A DNA stretch of 64,000 bases from Azolla caroliniana (taxonomy: Eukaryota > Plantae > Polypodiophyta), in contig JBHGNT010000005.1 of NCBI GenBank assembly GCA_043228905.1, forward strand, positions 9,796,001-9,860,000. The letters are read 5' to 3'. The notes under the pieces were generated by a model. The model had not been told where the DNA came from. It did no database searches and saw only the letters and a program-made list of their open reading frames with translations. Shown here one piece after another: positions 50,707 to 63,574 of this stretch (the first letter of the stretch is position 1; every line of letters begins with the position of its first letter). The position numbers were made by a program, and so were the translations under genes.

Positions 50707-53535
50707 TGTCGAGGAAATCCTCGCGGATGGGTAGAAGTTGGGCAGGACCACGGGGGTCTTGAACCAAGAAATCGAGAAGTGAGAAGGAAGATTCTGTGGT
50801 TTACGTGAGCCCTGAGACCGCAGTTTAAACAGTAAAGATTAGCGAAACGAGAGAGATAGTGTAAGAGGAACGTGCGTAGACACAGGCGCAGACATATGTG
50901 CTAAGAATAACTTGTGTTAGATGGATAAGCTTCTATTAATCAACATATGCGCGTGGCGCTGTGGGTGATTACAACCGGATCAGTGCCGGTGTTCGAGCGT
51001 AGGCTCTACAGTAGTCAGATACGGAGATGAGTGGGCACACAGAAGGTGGATCCCCTGGTCGGGAGCTCTCGGGCATTTGACGCGAGTAGGGGAAGTGTCG
51101 TCCGGTAGCAGGTCGTAGGATTCCTCGTCTTCTTTGGTCTCTGTTCCCTTCTCCTCTCTCTCTTTTTTTTTCCGTCTCTTTCCTCTTTCTCTCTAAAAAA
51201 TGACATCCCGTGAACAGTCAAAGGTCGCCCCTTTTATAGCATAAGGAGCGACCGTTACAAAGCATTCATGACTTGTCGTAGATTTTCCCCCCTGATTCGC
51301 TCTCCTCGTAACTCTCCCTACTTACGCGATGTATGAATCCCTAGTAGTGCCTTAACTACCTAGTACACCTCCTTTTTCCTATGCCTAGTACTTACACTAT
51401 CTAATTCACTAGGGGTGTGCACTCGTGCACACCAGTGCTCCCGCGCGTTTCACATTGTTTCCACCGATGGCCCAGAATCTTCACGACATCCACCCCCACT
51501 AAACTACACATACTTCGTTATGTGCCGGGCAACGATTTTAGTGAGGGATTCTGGGCCATCTGCTACTTGTCCTCCCCTTCTGAAATGGCGCTCTCGGCTC
51601 CTGGGTCCGGTTCTGCCTCGCTCCGCCTTTTCAAGGCCTTTATCTGTTTCTCGGCCACCGGAGTCATCATTCGGGTCCCGTCAAGCTCCACAAGATTATA
51701 CGTTGCATTATCGTTCGCTAATTACTACGTATGGCCTGAACCATCGCCTTGCGAACTTACGCGTAGACCTATGCTGGTTGTCGAGGCTGTTGTCGTAGAC
51801 TAACACCCAATCGCTTTCCTCCACCTTCCTTGGCCGGAGTCGGCGTGTCCGGTCGAATTGGGCCTTGCTCCGGGTTCTCGCTTCTTTCACCCTCACCGTG
51901 GCCCGCTCCACGTCTTCCGGCCTTCGTTCGAGTTGCCGGATTCGGGCCGATAGCAATTCTACTCGACTCATTTTGTTGGCCCAATCGATTGTTGTCCACG
52001 AGGCGATTGTCCGCTCCACTAGCATGATGGATTTCTATCCAAACATTAGTTCCGCCGGCATGTACCCTGTCACCGAATTGTGGGTAGTCCTGTCCACCCA
52101 TAGCGCGTAAGGGAGCAACCTCGGCCAGTCGCTGACTCGTCCTTCGCACGCGCGCACAATGGCTTTTACTATTGGACTGTGGCCCCGCTCAATCTTTCCG
52201 TTTGCCTCCAGGTTGTACGCCGTTATGAGGGACAGTTTTACGCCTAATTGATCGAACAATTCCTCAGCGCCTTCCGTGTCTAGCTCGCCTCGGTCAGCCA
52301 TGATTTTTCCCACGCGCCCGTATTGGCATATGACATCTTCTATTAGAAACTTACATACTGCCGCGGTGGTCTTGTTTTTTAGTGCTCGGTCCTCTACCTG
52401 GTTCGTTAGGTCTTCTCTAGCCAGCACCAAGTATCGCTTCTGACCCTCTCTGATCGGCATGGTTACTAAGTCGACCATCCATTTGAAGTGCACGACCGGG
52501 GGGTATGTTGGGTGTAGCTCGTCATGGTGTCGAACCACCGAGTGCATCTAGCAACTTTTGCACGTGCACACGAAGTCGTGCACGCTCTTATATATACTCG
52601 GCCACCAGTATTTCTCCCTTAACTTCTCAAATGTGGCCCATGTACCCCGGTGTCCAGACCAAGGGCTTTCGTGGAACTCCGATATTAACTTCTCTTGATC
52701 ATCCGCCTGCACTATATACTCAGAGTGGTGCGTCGTTTCACCTTTTGTGGACCCTCCAAATTTTTCCGTTCTACAGGAAGTATCGGTATGCCCTTTTTCA
52801 GAGCTATCCCGCGTCCTCCCTAGACATCGAGGCATCCATCATCATTGTTTTTAGAAATCTTCCGATTAGAAGCCACTCCCCATCGTAGTCCTCTTTAGCC
52901 TTTTTATCCTCATCCTTGCTGATTCGAAGAAGTCCGTGCTGACTTCTTCGTTCTCTGATACCATGCCGTCCTCGTCCTCGAACCTTACTTTGGAAAGCAT
53001 ATCAGCCATGGCATTGTCTTTACCCGAGATATGTCGTATCTCTGGGTTCAGGGACTTGATGTATGCAATCCACCAGAGCATGGCCAAGTCGAGAGTTGCG
53101 CATCCGGAGACCATACCAAGAATCGGCAGACAGTCCCTTTCTATGATCACTTCTATCCCGATTAGGTAGTCTTTGTCGACCTTAACCGCGGAAACGATAC
53201 CCCATAGCTCACGCTTGACTTGGGCGTACCCTCGTTGTCACTCACTCAGTACCTTCGCACCGAACCGGATAGGGAAACACGTGATGTCTTTGTCCTCTTG
53301 ATTCACGACCCATCCGATCCCGGTGAGGCTGATGTCCACCGTCATGTAGACCGGAGTTCGTGGAGCGTATTTTGCTTTCCGTAAAGCTGATGCCATGGTG
53401 AGCGTTCGTTTTAGCCTCCGGACCGCCTGGGTATGTTACTTTGTCCATTCAAATTTCCTGCTCTTCTTTAGCAAGCCGTAGAGTGGTTCGGTGACGTGCG
53501 CGTAATGAGGGATCCATATGTGGTAGAAGGCGCAA

Positions 53536-56500
53536 TGTTGAGAGAAAAGCTCAACATCGGCCGAAACGGCTCAAGAAGCCGAGGACCGGATCGGTTGGGA
53601 CCAATCGGTTAGGCCGAATGCGTAAACCGGTACGCATACCGGTGCGTAGGTAGGGCCGGATCGGTGCGTAAACCGGGAGGCCGTTAGGAAAGATATTCCG
53701 TGAGGAATATATTTGGGAGTTAATGTAGGAGCTCTTAATGAGCATTGAAGTATTGTGAGTACTTCGGTGAGTCCTTCTAGGACTTGTATAAAAGTGTTCA
53801 TTGAACACACATATGTATAGAGTGGTGAATAGAGATTGAGTACTTTTGTTGAATATAGTTCTTGTGTTTTCTCTCTCTCACTCTCTCACTCTCTCCCGCG
53901 TATACTACGTAAGCTCAAGCTCTCCATTAAACCTAAGTTTTCTTCCTTCTGTTCGGTCTTCATACTTGCTTCCGCACGTTACTTTTTACATGGTATCAGA
54001 GCGCGAGGATTGAGAACCTCTCTGCAGCCGACACAACTTGACGAAGAAGAACAAGAAGAACGATGGATAGAGGCATGGCGAGCTCGCTTCCAACAGAGAA
54101 GCTCGACAGAACCAACTACGCGTCTTGGTCCTACAAGATGCACCAGTACCTGCTCGGGCACGGCTATTGGAGTTATGTCGAAGGAGCTAATGACGCGGCA
54201 CCCGAATCGACACACAGAGACTTCCCGTCGTGGGAGCCATCGGCGAGCAGGGTATTATACTGCTTCGTGTCGTGTGTGGGCGAACAAATATTGAGCTATG
54301 TTTGGGATGCAAAGATCCCGAAGGGTGCGTGGGAAAATTTGAAGACGATTTTCGCCGCGAGCACCACAGCCAGGAAGCTTCAGCTCTGACAGGAGTTGAG
54401 CAACCTACGACAACACGACTTGTCGGTGGCGGACTATACCTCGAAGATCAAGGATATCTGCAACTCCCTCGCCTCCATAGAGGTGAACATCGAGGAGAGC
54501 GAGATGGTCCAGATCTGTCTCGGAGGTTTGGCGTCGAAGTTCGGAGCGTTCCGAACGGCTGTGTGTACCCGAGAGAATACGCCGTCCTTTTTCGACTTAC
54601 AGTCAATGCTCCTGGTAGAGGAGAACCACGCGGGTGTGTCTACAAGCATGCACACCGACAGCAGAATGTTGTACACGGAGGGAGATAGGCCCCGTGGACG
54701 TGGAGGACGAGGCGAGTTGGCGCGCAATGGAGGCGGCCAACAAGATCAAGGAAGAAGGCACCGAAGTGATGCCGACAACAACTCTGGACCCTCCGGAAAC
54801 AGGGGGAGTTGAAGCGATGAGAACCGGCAAGGGAAGACCATCGCGGAGTGTTGGCACTGTGGCCGTGTGATTTCGCAAGGGCGCAGAGACGGGAGGATGT
54901 TCATCCTCAACTCCACTGACGGCGGCACCGCAATGTTCGCGAAGGGACAAAAATCTGAGTTGGACATCGACTTGTGGCACAAGCGGATAGGCCACGTCAA
55001 CTACCAGCGGCTTCAAGATCTGCAATCAAAACAGGTAGTGTTCGGATTGCCCAAATTTAGTGGCCGAAAGGCACAAATTTGTGAAACCTGCCAGCTCGGG
55101 AAGCAACACCGACTTCCTTTCCCCAACGAGCGAAACCGGAGCCAGAACAAGCTCGACCTTATCCATTGCGATGTATGGGGGCCGGCACAAGACGTTAGTC
55201 TTGGCGGGAACCGATATTTCGTCTCCTTCATCGACGACCACATGCGGCACACGTGGATCTACCTCATTGAGAGGAAGAGCGAAGTCTTCGACTGTTTCCG
55301 GGACCTCAAAGGGTTCGTGGAAACGGAAACGAGATGAAAGATCAAGTGCCTGCGGTCAGATGGCGGGAAAGAGTACTTTTCTGGTCAATTCAATGGTTAT
55401 CTACAACAAATGGGAATTCTGCGCGAATTCAGTTGTAGATACACGCCGGAGCAGAACGGCATGGCCGAGAGGAAGAATCGGTCAGTTGTGGAAGCGGCAC
55501 GGGCAATGCTGGAGGAGAAGAGCTTGCCCAAGTTCTACTGGGCCGAGGCGGTAAGAACCGCGGTATACATTCAGAACCGGATCGGAGACACTTGTCGGCG
55601 CACGAGCTATATTTCGGAACGAAGCCGAACTTGTGACACTTGAGGGTGTTCGGTAGCATTGCATATGTGCATGTACCGAAGGAGAAAAGGAGGAAGTTGG
55701 ACGCAAAGGCTGAGAAATGCATCTTGGTCGGTTACTCGGACGAGCACCAAACAAGCGCGTGTTAGCCGCGACGTTGTGTTTGACGAGTCTGCGTCCTGGT
55801 ACCAGCCCCCGACTCCAATCCGAGCTCTGACGATGAGGTCAGCGAGGCCGAGATGCCTCCGGATGAGCCCGAAATCGAGACCCGCGAAGAGAGTCTGATT
55901 TCACTCCGTTTAAGTGGACCGATTGGACGACTGAGTCGGTACGATCAGTCCGATGAAGAGCCAGCGAGTAGTGGAGACTCGGCCATGCATTCCCCACGCA
56001 GGAAGCCGAGGAGACAGCTTATGCGCAAAGAGAAAGGGAAGAAGAAGGTGTCGGATTCCGGCACGGATAGGAACGAGTCAGACCAAAGCGAGTCCGACTC
56101 CGAGGGAACCGGTGACGGGTCTTTAAAGGTGAAGTCCGCGTCGACCGAGAAGGCCTCGATATCGGCTAATGTGAGATTACGCCGATCTACCCGCCAGAAG
56201 AATCTTGTTTTGCGGTTCGGATACAACGAGTACATGGCGCATCATTATGCGTACATGACCCGTGTAGCGGAAGTGCGTGAGCCAGAGAGCTACGTAGAAG
56301 CGGCTAAAGACGCGAATTGGCGTGCCGCGATGGAGGAAGAGATGCACGCATTGGCGGAGAATGAGACATGGGACCTGGTTGACGCACCAAGAGGGGTAAA
56401 ACCGATCGGGTGTAGGTGGGTGTACAAGGTCAAGTACAACACCGATGGCTCGGTCAACTGGTATAAGGCTCGGCTAGTGGCAAAGGGCTACGCGCAGAAA

Positions 56501-58807
56501 CACGGCATCGACTATGATGAGACGTTTGCGCCGGTTGCGAAAATGATGACCGTCCGTGTTTTGCTCGCAGTAGCTGCGGTGAAGGGGTGGCACTTATATC
56601 AGATGAATGTAAAGAATGAGTTCCTGCTAGGTGACCTTGAGGAACAGGTGTACATGGTACAGCCCCCCAGATTTCACTCCGGAACGAACTCCTCGGCAGT
56701 ATGCCGACTGAAGAAGTCCCTTTACGGACTGAAGCAAGCCCTGCATGCCTGGAACGCGAAGATCACGCAACAACTGCGTCGGATGGGCTTCGTCACGTCA
56801 AAATCGGACTCTTCCCTGTTCATCCAGAAAGGTCGACTCGGACTAATTATTATTTTACTATATGTTGATGACTTGGTCATCACCGGCGCCGACCTAGGTG
56901 AAATCGACCACGTGAAGCTCCAGCTTGCGGCATCATTCAACAAGAAGGATCTGGGGGACCTTCATTACTTCCTCGGAATCGAAGTGATCCGTACCCCCGA
57001 AGGCATATTGATCAGCCAACGTCATTACGTGTTGAGTATGCTCTTCAAATTCGGGATGGCCGACTGTAAGTCTGTCTCGACTCCTCTGGACAGAACCGTC
57101 AAGCTTCGTCCCGATACGGGAAAGGTATGCGACCCGACGAGGTTCCGACAAATTATCGAAAGCCTCATATACTTGACCATCACCCGACCCGACCTCAGTT
57201 ATCCGGTCGGAGTGATCAGTCAATTCATGGCACGACCTACCGAAGAGTACCTTCAGTGTGCGCAACGCATACTTCGGTATGTCAATGGCACTAAGGACCG
57301 GGGACTGCTATATCGGACCGGTACAGCCACGTAGTTAGTCGGCTACACCGATGCTGATTGGGCTGGCAACGTCCGCCGATCGCTGATCCACGTCCGGATA
57401 CGCGTTCTCCCTCGGGAGTGCTGCGATCGCGTGGAGCAGTAAGAAGCAGCCGACAGTTGCACTATCGAGCACCAAAGCTGAGTACCGAGGAGCGGTTGTC
57501 GCGACATGCGAAGCCATATGGTTGAAGCGGCTACTTAAGGACCTGCAAGAGGAGGTGTCAGATTCGACAACAATCTATTGCGACAACCTCAGCATCATCC
57601 AGCTTGCGAGAAACCCTGTTTTCCACGCACGGACCAAGCACATTGAGGTGCGCTACCATTTCGTCCGTGAGCATGTCCTTTCCGGTGAAGTCGAACTTTA
57701 GTACGTTCCGACGGATCGGCAGACTGCCGACATCTTCACCAAGCCTCTTGTTCTGGACAAGTTGCGGCAATTCTCAAGTGCACTCGGATTGCGTCACCTC
57801 GACGTGCCAAACTTGAGGGGGAGAACAGTCCCGACTGACCAAGCAAGGCAGCAGGAAAGGAGCGGAGACCGCGACACCGAGTCGGTTGACTCGGTTGTCG
57901 AGTTCGACTTCGGATTGGCTGAAGAAGCCGAGGGCGGACCCGCGGAAAAGTCCGGAAGCGGACAGAAGGGGAGCAACCAAAGGAGAGAGCCGAAGCCAAC
58001 CACGCATGGGGAAGATGACGTCATCGACGGCGAGAAGACCGAAGAAAAATTGGAGACAGCCAACTCGGACGAGAGTGAAAACCGATCGGAGGTAGCCGAG
58101 TTGGTTCAGATGTTTGATTCAGATACGCTGAATCAACTGAGGCCCAAGCGAAAGAAAAGGCATCAGGAGAAGCGTCAACACCGCAACAGCAAAAGAGCTG
58201 ATAAGGGCCACATAAGCAGACAAGCCGACCGGAAGGGTCGAAGCGCGCGGAGTCGAACAGGTCGTGGAGCGCGAGCGAGGCGTGAAGCGAGGAGGAACCG
58301 GAGCTGTGAGCCCGAAGATCCCGAAGAGCCTCAAGTTGAGCTTGAGGGGGAGTGTTGAGAGACAAGCTCAACATCGGCTGTATCGGCTGAAGAAGCCGCG
58401 GACCGGATCGGTTGGGACCAATCGGTTAGGCCGAATGCGTAAACCGGTACGCAGACCGGTGCGTAGGTAGGGCCGGATCGGTGCGTAAACCGGGAGGCCA
58501 TTAGGAAAGATATTCCGTGAGGAATATATTTGGGAGTTAGTGTAGGAGCTCTTAATGAGCATTGAAGTACTGTCAGTACTTCGGTCAGTCCTTCTAGGAC
58601 TTGTATAAAAGTGTTCATTGAACACACATATGTATAGAGTGGTGAATAGAGATTGAGTACTTTTGTTGAATATAGTTCTTGTGTTTTCTCTCTCTCACTC
58701 TCTCTGTCTCTTCCGCGTATACTGCGTAAGCTCAAGCTCTCCATTAAACCTGAGTTTTCTTCCTTCTGTTCGGTCTTCATACTTGCTTCCGCATGTTACT
58801 TTTTACA
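53536..58807 (+). mobile_element. Ty1/Copia element E (D family), both LTRs present, internal deletion of zinc knuckle and protease
   Basis: 455-bp LTRs 53536-53990 and 58353-58807; TSD CGCAA/CGCAT; PBS at 53991-54002; RT ORF 55853..57334 (YVDD). Confidence 0.95.
57762..58358 (+). pseudogene. Charged C-terminal extension in frame with RNase H of element E (198 aa)
   Basis: Continues KPLVLDKLRQFSSALGL through the first CTTGAGGGGGAG (57812-57823) to the true PPT; homologous to 28693..29430. Confidence 0.65.
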
Positions 58808-59988
58808 CGCATGCTCCTAAGAATCGCCAAACCTCTGTGATGGATCCGCACTCCTCCTTCATTGCCGAGATGGCCTCTACCTTGGTTAGTGATGGCTTCC
58901 GTCCGTACGGCCGATCACTAAGATCTCTGGCTATCCGAGGGCCGACTTCTCTCCCGAGAAGGTAAGCCGCACGCCTTCGAGCCTCTATAGTATCTTCTCA
59001 TAGTCGGAGATATGGTTGGTGACAAACCTTCGGCACCCATCCGCCCCGATTGATTCATCCTTGGTGTCCGAAGGACACCCTTTGATAGGGATGTCGTCCA
59101 GGAAAGGCACGGTGATGTTCGGAATGCAGTCCCGCAGAACTCTATTCATTGCATTCACCATGTGTGCCACCGAGTTGGTCCCTACCTGTGGTAGGGTACA
59201 CATTCGAACTAGGCCGACAGGGGTTTGCATTGTAGTGATGTCCCTGCTTTCCACGGCCAGCTGGAATTGTTCGTACCCTGAGTAAAGGTCTCTGACTGAG
59301 TATATGGACCTTCTGGCGAAGGCTTCCTTGGTACGGATGGTCCAACTTCCTTGGTACGGATGGTCACCTTATTGACCGGTTGTAAGTCCTGGATGAAGCG
59401 CAACGTACCGTTCTTCTTTGGTATCGTAAACCACCAATTAGAGTAAGGGGCACTCGATGGTTCGAGGATGCCCAACTCCACCTTCTGCTTAAGAAGCTCC
59501 ATCAACATGGGCATGTTAGCTCTCGGCACTTCAATCGGTTTGAGGCTCCATGGCACGTGCGGCATGGTAAAGATCACCATTGGTTCGACCATGCTCGGGT
59601 CGATGCCCCCGATCTCTCTTGGCGAGAATGCGAAGGATTTCCCGTGCCTCTCGAGCATCCTTCTGAACCGGTCCTCTTCCGCTAGCAGTAGGAAGTCACC
59701 CCCACGGATCTTCAGTTCTCATAGTGTTTTGTCGGTGAAACAGTGTCCTATGCCGGCGATCTCGCAAACTCAGGTTGGCAGCGACCCCCTTTATTCGTTC
59801 CCAGCTGCCCTCCGGTAAGGGAGCCGCGACGAGCTTCACCTTCCGGTCCACAGTCTTCTACTTGGTGTCTACTCAGGCAATCCGATGCGCCCTGGTTTTT
59901 CTTTTGAAGTCCGCAATGAATTCATACATGTCGACCAAACTGACCGGTATGACTTGGTCTTTGCTTAGGCCTCCTTCGACTACCTTCC

Positions 59989-60182
59989 CGATTTCTCCAA
60001 GGGTGTCATCGAACGAGACCGCCTCCATGGCTTCCCCAATCCCTTCATCATGACTCAAGGCTCCACACGCCTTTAAGCATATCTCGATTTCTCCAAGGGT
60101 GTCATCGAACGAGACCGCCTCCATGGCTTCCCCAATCCCTTCATCATGACTCAAGGCTCCGCACGCCTTTAAGCATATCTCG
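59989..60182. repeat. 96-bp tandem duplication (in frame, 32 codons)
   Basis: EICLKACGALSHDEGIGEAMEAVSFDDTLGEI occurs twice in ORF 59873..60244; one mismatch seen between copies. Confidence 0.93.
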
Positions 60183-62601
60183 GCCCATTTTCTTTCTCGG
60201 CCATTGATGGTGACTATGGTACATCCCCCGTTGTCGGAGAACAAAACATTCCTTCCTATTTTACAGGTGTGGGAAATTTTCCGGCTATCTGGACTATCGC
60301 GGTCCCATGCCTTGATAACCCTTTCTAAAAATCCGCCCTGTCGTTATTTCCGAGGGTGTCCCGGTTCCGCTCGTGATTCTTCTGAACGGTCAAAAATTGG
60401 ACGGAATAACGACCATCCTCACTTTTTACCCTTGCATAGGCTAAACCATTGTCCAACATTTTCGTCTCCATTCTAGTTGTCGTGATGTATGGTTCGCTGA
60501 GGATGACTGGGTGGGAGGAAATCTCTTGTATGAAAAAATGTTGGTTTATTTCGACGTCTCCAACGCTCACCCTGACGTTCGGGCAAGCCTCGTGTAGTTC
60601 TTCTGTGGCTCTTGTAGCCGTGCGTATCTTCCACCCGTGCTTGGTGTTGATCGGCCAATTCCCCTTCTTGTAGAAGTCCATGGACATTAGGTTAATTTCT
60701 AACCCGTGGTCGATTAGTGCCACCACCGGTTCCTTCACGTCCCCGATACGAACCGGGGTCTCTGTAGTCGCTCTTGCCCAGTGTGGCTTGGTGTAGTGGC
60801 TCTCCGGAAGCTCGTCTTCTGCGGCCATCTCGTCGAGGAGTGCCATCCTTACCTCAACCGGCTTCTCAGGCTCTGGTTCCGTCGCAAGACGCTTTCTTTT
60901 TCCGAGGTCCACGATGTTGTTGTGGAATTCCCTTCTCGCTATGCCAAGCACTTCCCTAAGAGTGAGTTCTATGCGACTGTCGAGAACTTGCTCCTCTAGA
61001 ACCTTCTGTAGGTTCGTTGTTTTCTCGATTTCCGAGCTTAAACGGAAGCTCAGAATCCTGCCCTTCTCCTTCTCCTTCTCCTGGGACTCAGTCGGAGTGG
61101 CATCGTGCCCTTTCGGTGTGCTTCGGGTGTCATACCTCCCCGAAGGGCCCACTGCCCCGGTTTTCCCCGCTTGCCTTTCGTCGATCAGGGCCTCGTAGTT
61201 CTTGCACGCGGCCTCCACAAAGCTGGTGCTCTCCTCAACGGGGTCACTCCAGCCGGTAACTTCGCGCACATGCTCCTCCGCGTGCTCCGCTTCTCCCTTC
61301 TGCAACCTTCCTCGGGACAAGGTCTCGAGAATAATCGACCAGAACCCAGTGTTTGAATCGGGTTTGGCCGCCCTTTCGCCTGCGTGGATGTCGGTTGAAT
61401 CCGAGTAGTGGACGGCTTCGACGTGTCGTGCCGCGGCTTCTTCCATTAGCCTCTTCATGCCACCTCATCCGAAATTTGCGTCAAGCAATCTTCGCGTGTT
61501 GCTCGCATGTATCCTGCCATTCGAGAGATAGGCTACATTACTTCTGAGCGCTTCACCGAGGTCAGCACAATCTCTTCGGGAATGTCTGGTGGCGTCGCAC
61601 CATATGCACCTCTGATTGGCCGGCGGTTCTCGATCGCGCGGCTGACCCTCGTCGCTTCACCGGGCCTAGGCGATCGGGAGGTTGCGCACCATCTTTGTCA
61701 GTTCTTCTAGTCCTGCTGGCCCTGCGACTATGTTCGCCGGCGGTGAGCCTAGCTCGAGCCACCTCCTCGTTTCTTCCATTCGTGTCGATAGCCGGTTTGG
61801 CCGGCGAGGACCCCTTTTCTTTCCAATCTCAGCGTTTGTCAATCCTACTGCATACTTCTTTGACAGTCGCCCAGTCAGTTGTGAGACCACGGTTGGTTTC
61901 CTGAAGAAGGCCCATGCTTTCTTGGACACACGAGTCAAACAACGGAACGAAAAATAGGACTTTGTTCGTTTTGAGCACGGTTCGGTCCAATCTAGACAGC
62001 CACGTGAACCGTGACTCGAACTCCTGGAGGAGCGCCGAAGCATTCTGACCCTTTTCAGGGCTGTTGACCCATTCCATAAAGTCCTTTCTCGATAGTCGGA
62101 GCGAGTCTTCATAGTTGTATCTTTCGAGAACTTCCTCCGCGAACTCCGCCCAATCATTGCTGCCCGCTTGTATTTCGGTCATCTCTATATGGATGTGTGG
62201 TATCACGACCCTGTCAGTCGTCTATCCTCGGGTATATTCCTCATCTACATTTTAGATTTGTAGGCTTCTAAGTAACTCGTGGCGTCTTTCCCACTGAACC
62301 GACCTATCTTGTCGACCGTTGCTTCTATGGCCCTGTCGAGGGCACTCGCACCCTCGCGAGCGCTAAGCAGGCGGTCTACCGCCACCGCCATTGCTTCTGC
62401 AAGTTCGCTCCCTCTCATTTTCAGATTCCTTTGCCGCCCCTCTTCACGTCGGGTTCATCAAATATGTTGAGGAAATCCTTGCGAGGGTCTTGAACCATGA
62501 GGGTCATGAACCAAGGAATCAAGAAGTGAGGAGGAAGAGTCTGTGGTTTAGGTGAGCCATGAGACTGCAGTTTAAATAGAAAGATTAGCGAAACGAGAGA
62601 G

Positions 62602-63574
62602 AACACGTTCGCGTTCACAAGTGGAAGGATCGCGCATAAATGGAAGGATAAGGGAAATTTTAGGGGTTTTTCAATGATTTTACAAAACACATTGATACCA
62701 GTATCATACAAGTTCAAACATACTATGAAAAAGGTTAAAAATCCACTATTTTCGTGATTTAGAAGTAACTAAAAAAAGACGAATTTCAAAAACATACATT
62801 CTCAATTTATATCACAAACTTTACAACCAATGTTATTTTATAAGAAACGATTTTTGGGAAATCATAAGAATTCAAAACACATGATTTTATATTACTCGAT
62901 TTGTTACAAGCGGAATGTAGTTACACTTAATAGCCAAATATACATTCATGATCACTCCTTTACGGAGAATCACTACTATAACTAATATACAATGACGATT
63001 CCTCCTCATCATCCTCGGATGTACCAATCAGTGCATTATCTTCGTCATAAACCAAATGGTTTGACTCTAGATTATATGTAGTAGATCTCGTTTGCCTTTG
63101 ACTCGAGCCACCTTGTAGACCTGGTAATTTTTCTTTTATTATATCTATTGTTGACTTCCTTAATCGTCCGGCTTTTGTAAGTGTGAAGTCGTACACGATG
63201 ATATCCACATCAGAGATATCAAGGGTCGAGGTGTTACGAATGTTTCGCTTCCTCTTCCTACCTCCCCTTCTTGTTTGGCATTCAATCATCTCCAATGTAT
63301 ACTTACCTGTAAAAGCATTTGCACTTCTAGTGTTGTACCAATGAACATTTATAGACTTGATCGTGTTATCTATTTCATGTCTAAACTTGCATGATTTCTA
63401 ATGATCTCCACTCGTAGATCTATCATGTATTTTTATATTTGCAAATTCTTATCAAGTTGAGGAACATGTGATACTAGTGCATCCAATTATTGTAGAGAGG
63501 GTGTATTTGCTTCGTTTTAAGAAGATTCTACAAGTGGAATGCGCAATCCTTCCACTTGTGAACGCGAACGTGTT
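62602..63574 (-). mobile_element. Non-autonomous TIR DNA transposon (973 bp) with a coding remnant
   Basis: ~35-bp TIR AACACGTTCGCGTTCACAAGTGGAAGGAT(C/T)GCGCAT; absent from the sister LTR near 50850; apparent TSD AGAG; internal ORF 62960..63295. Confidence 0.88.
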
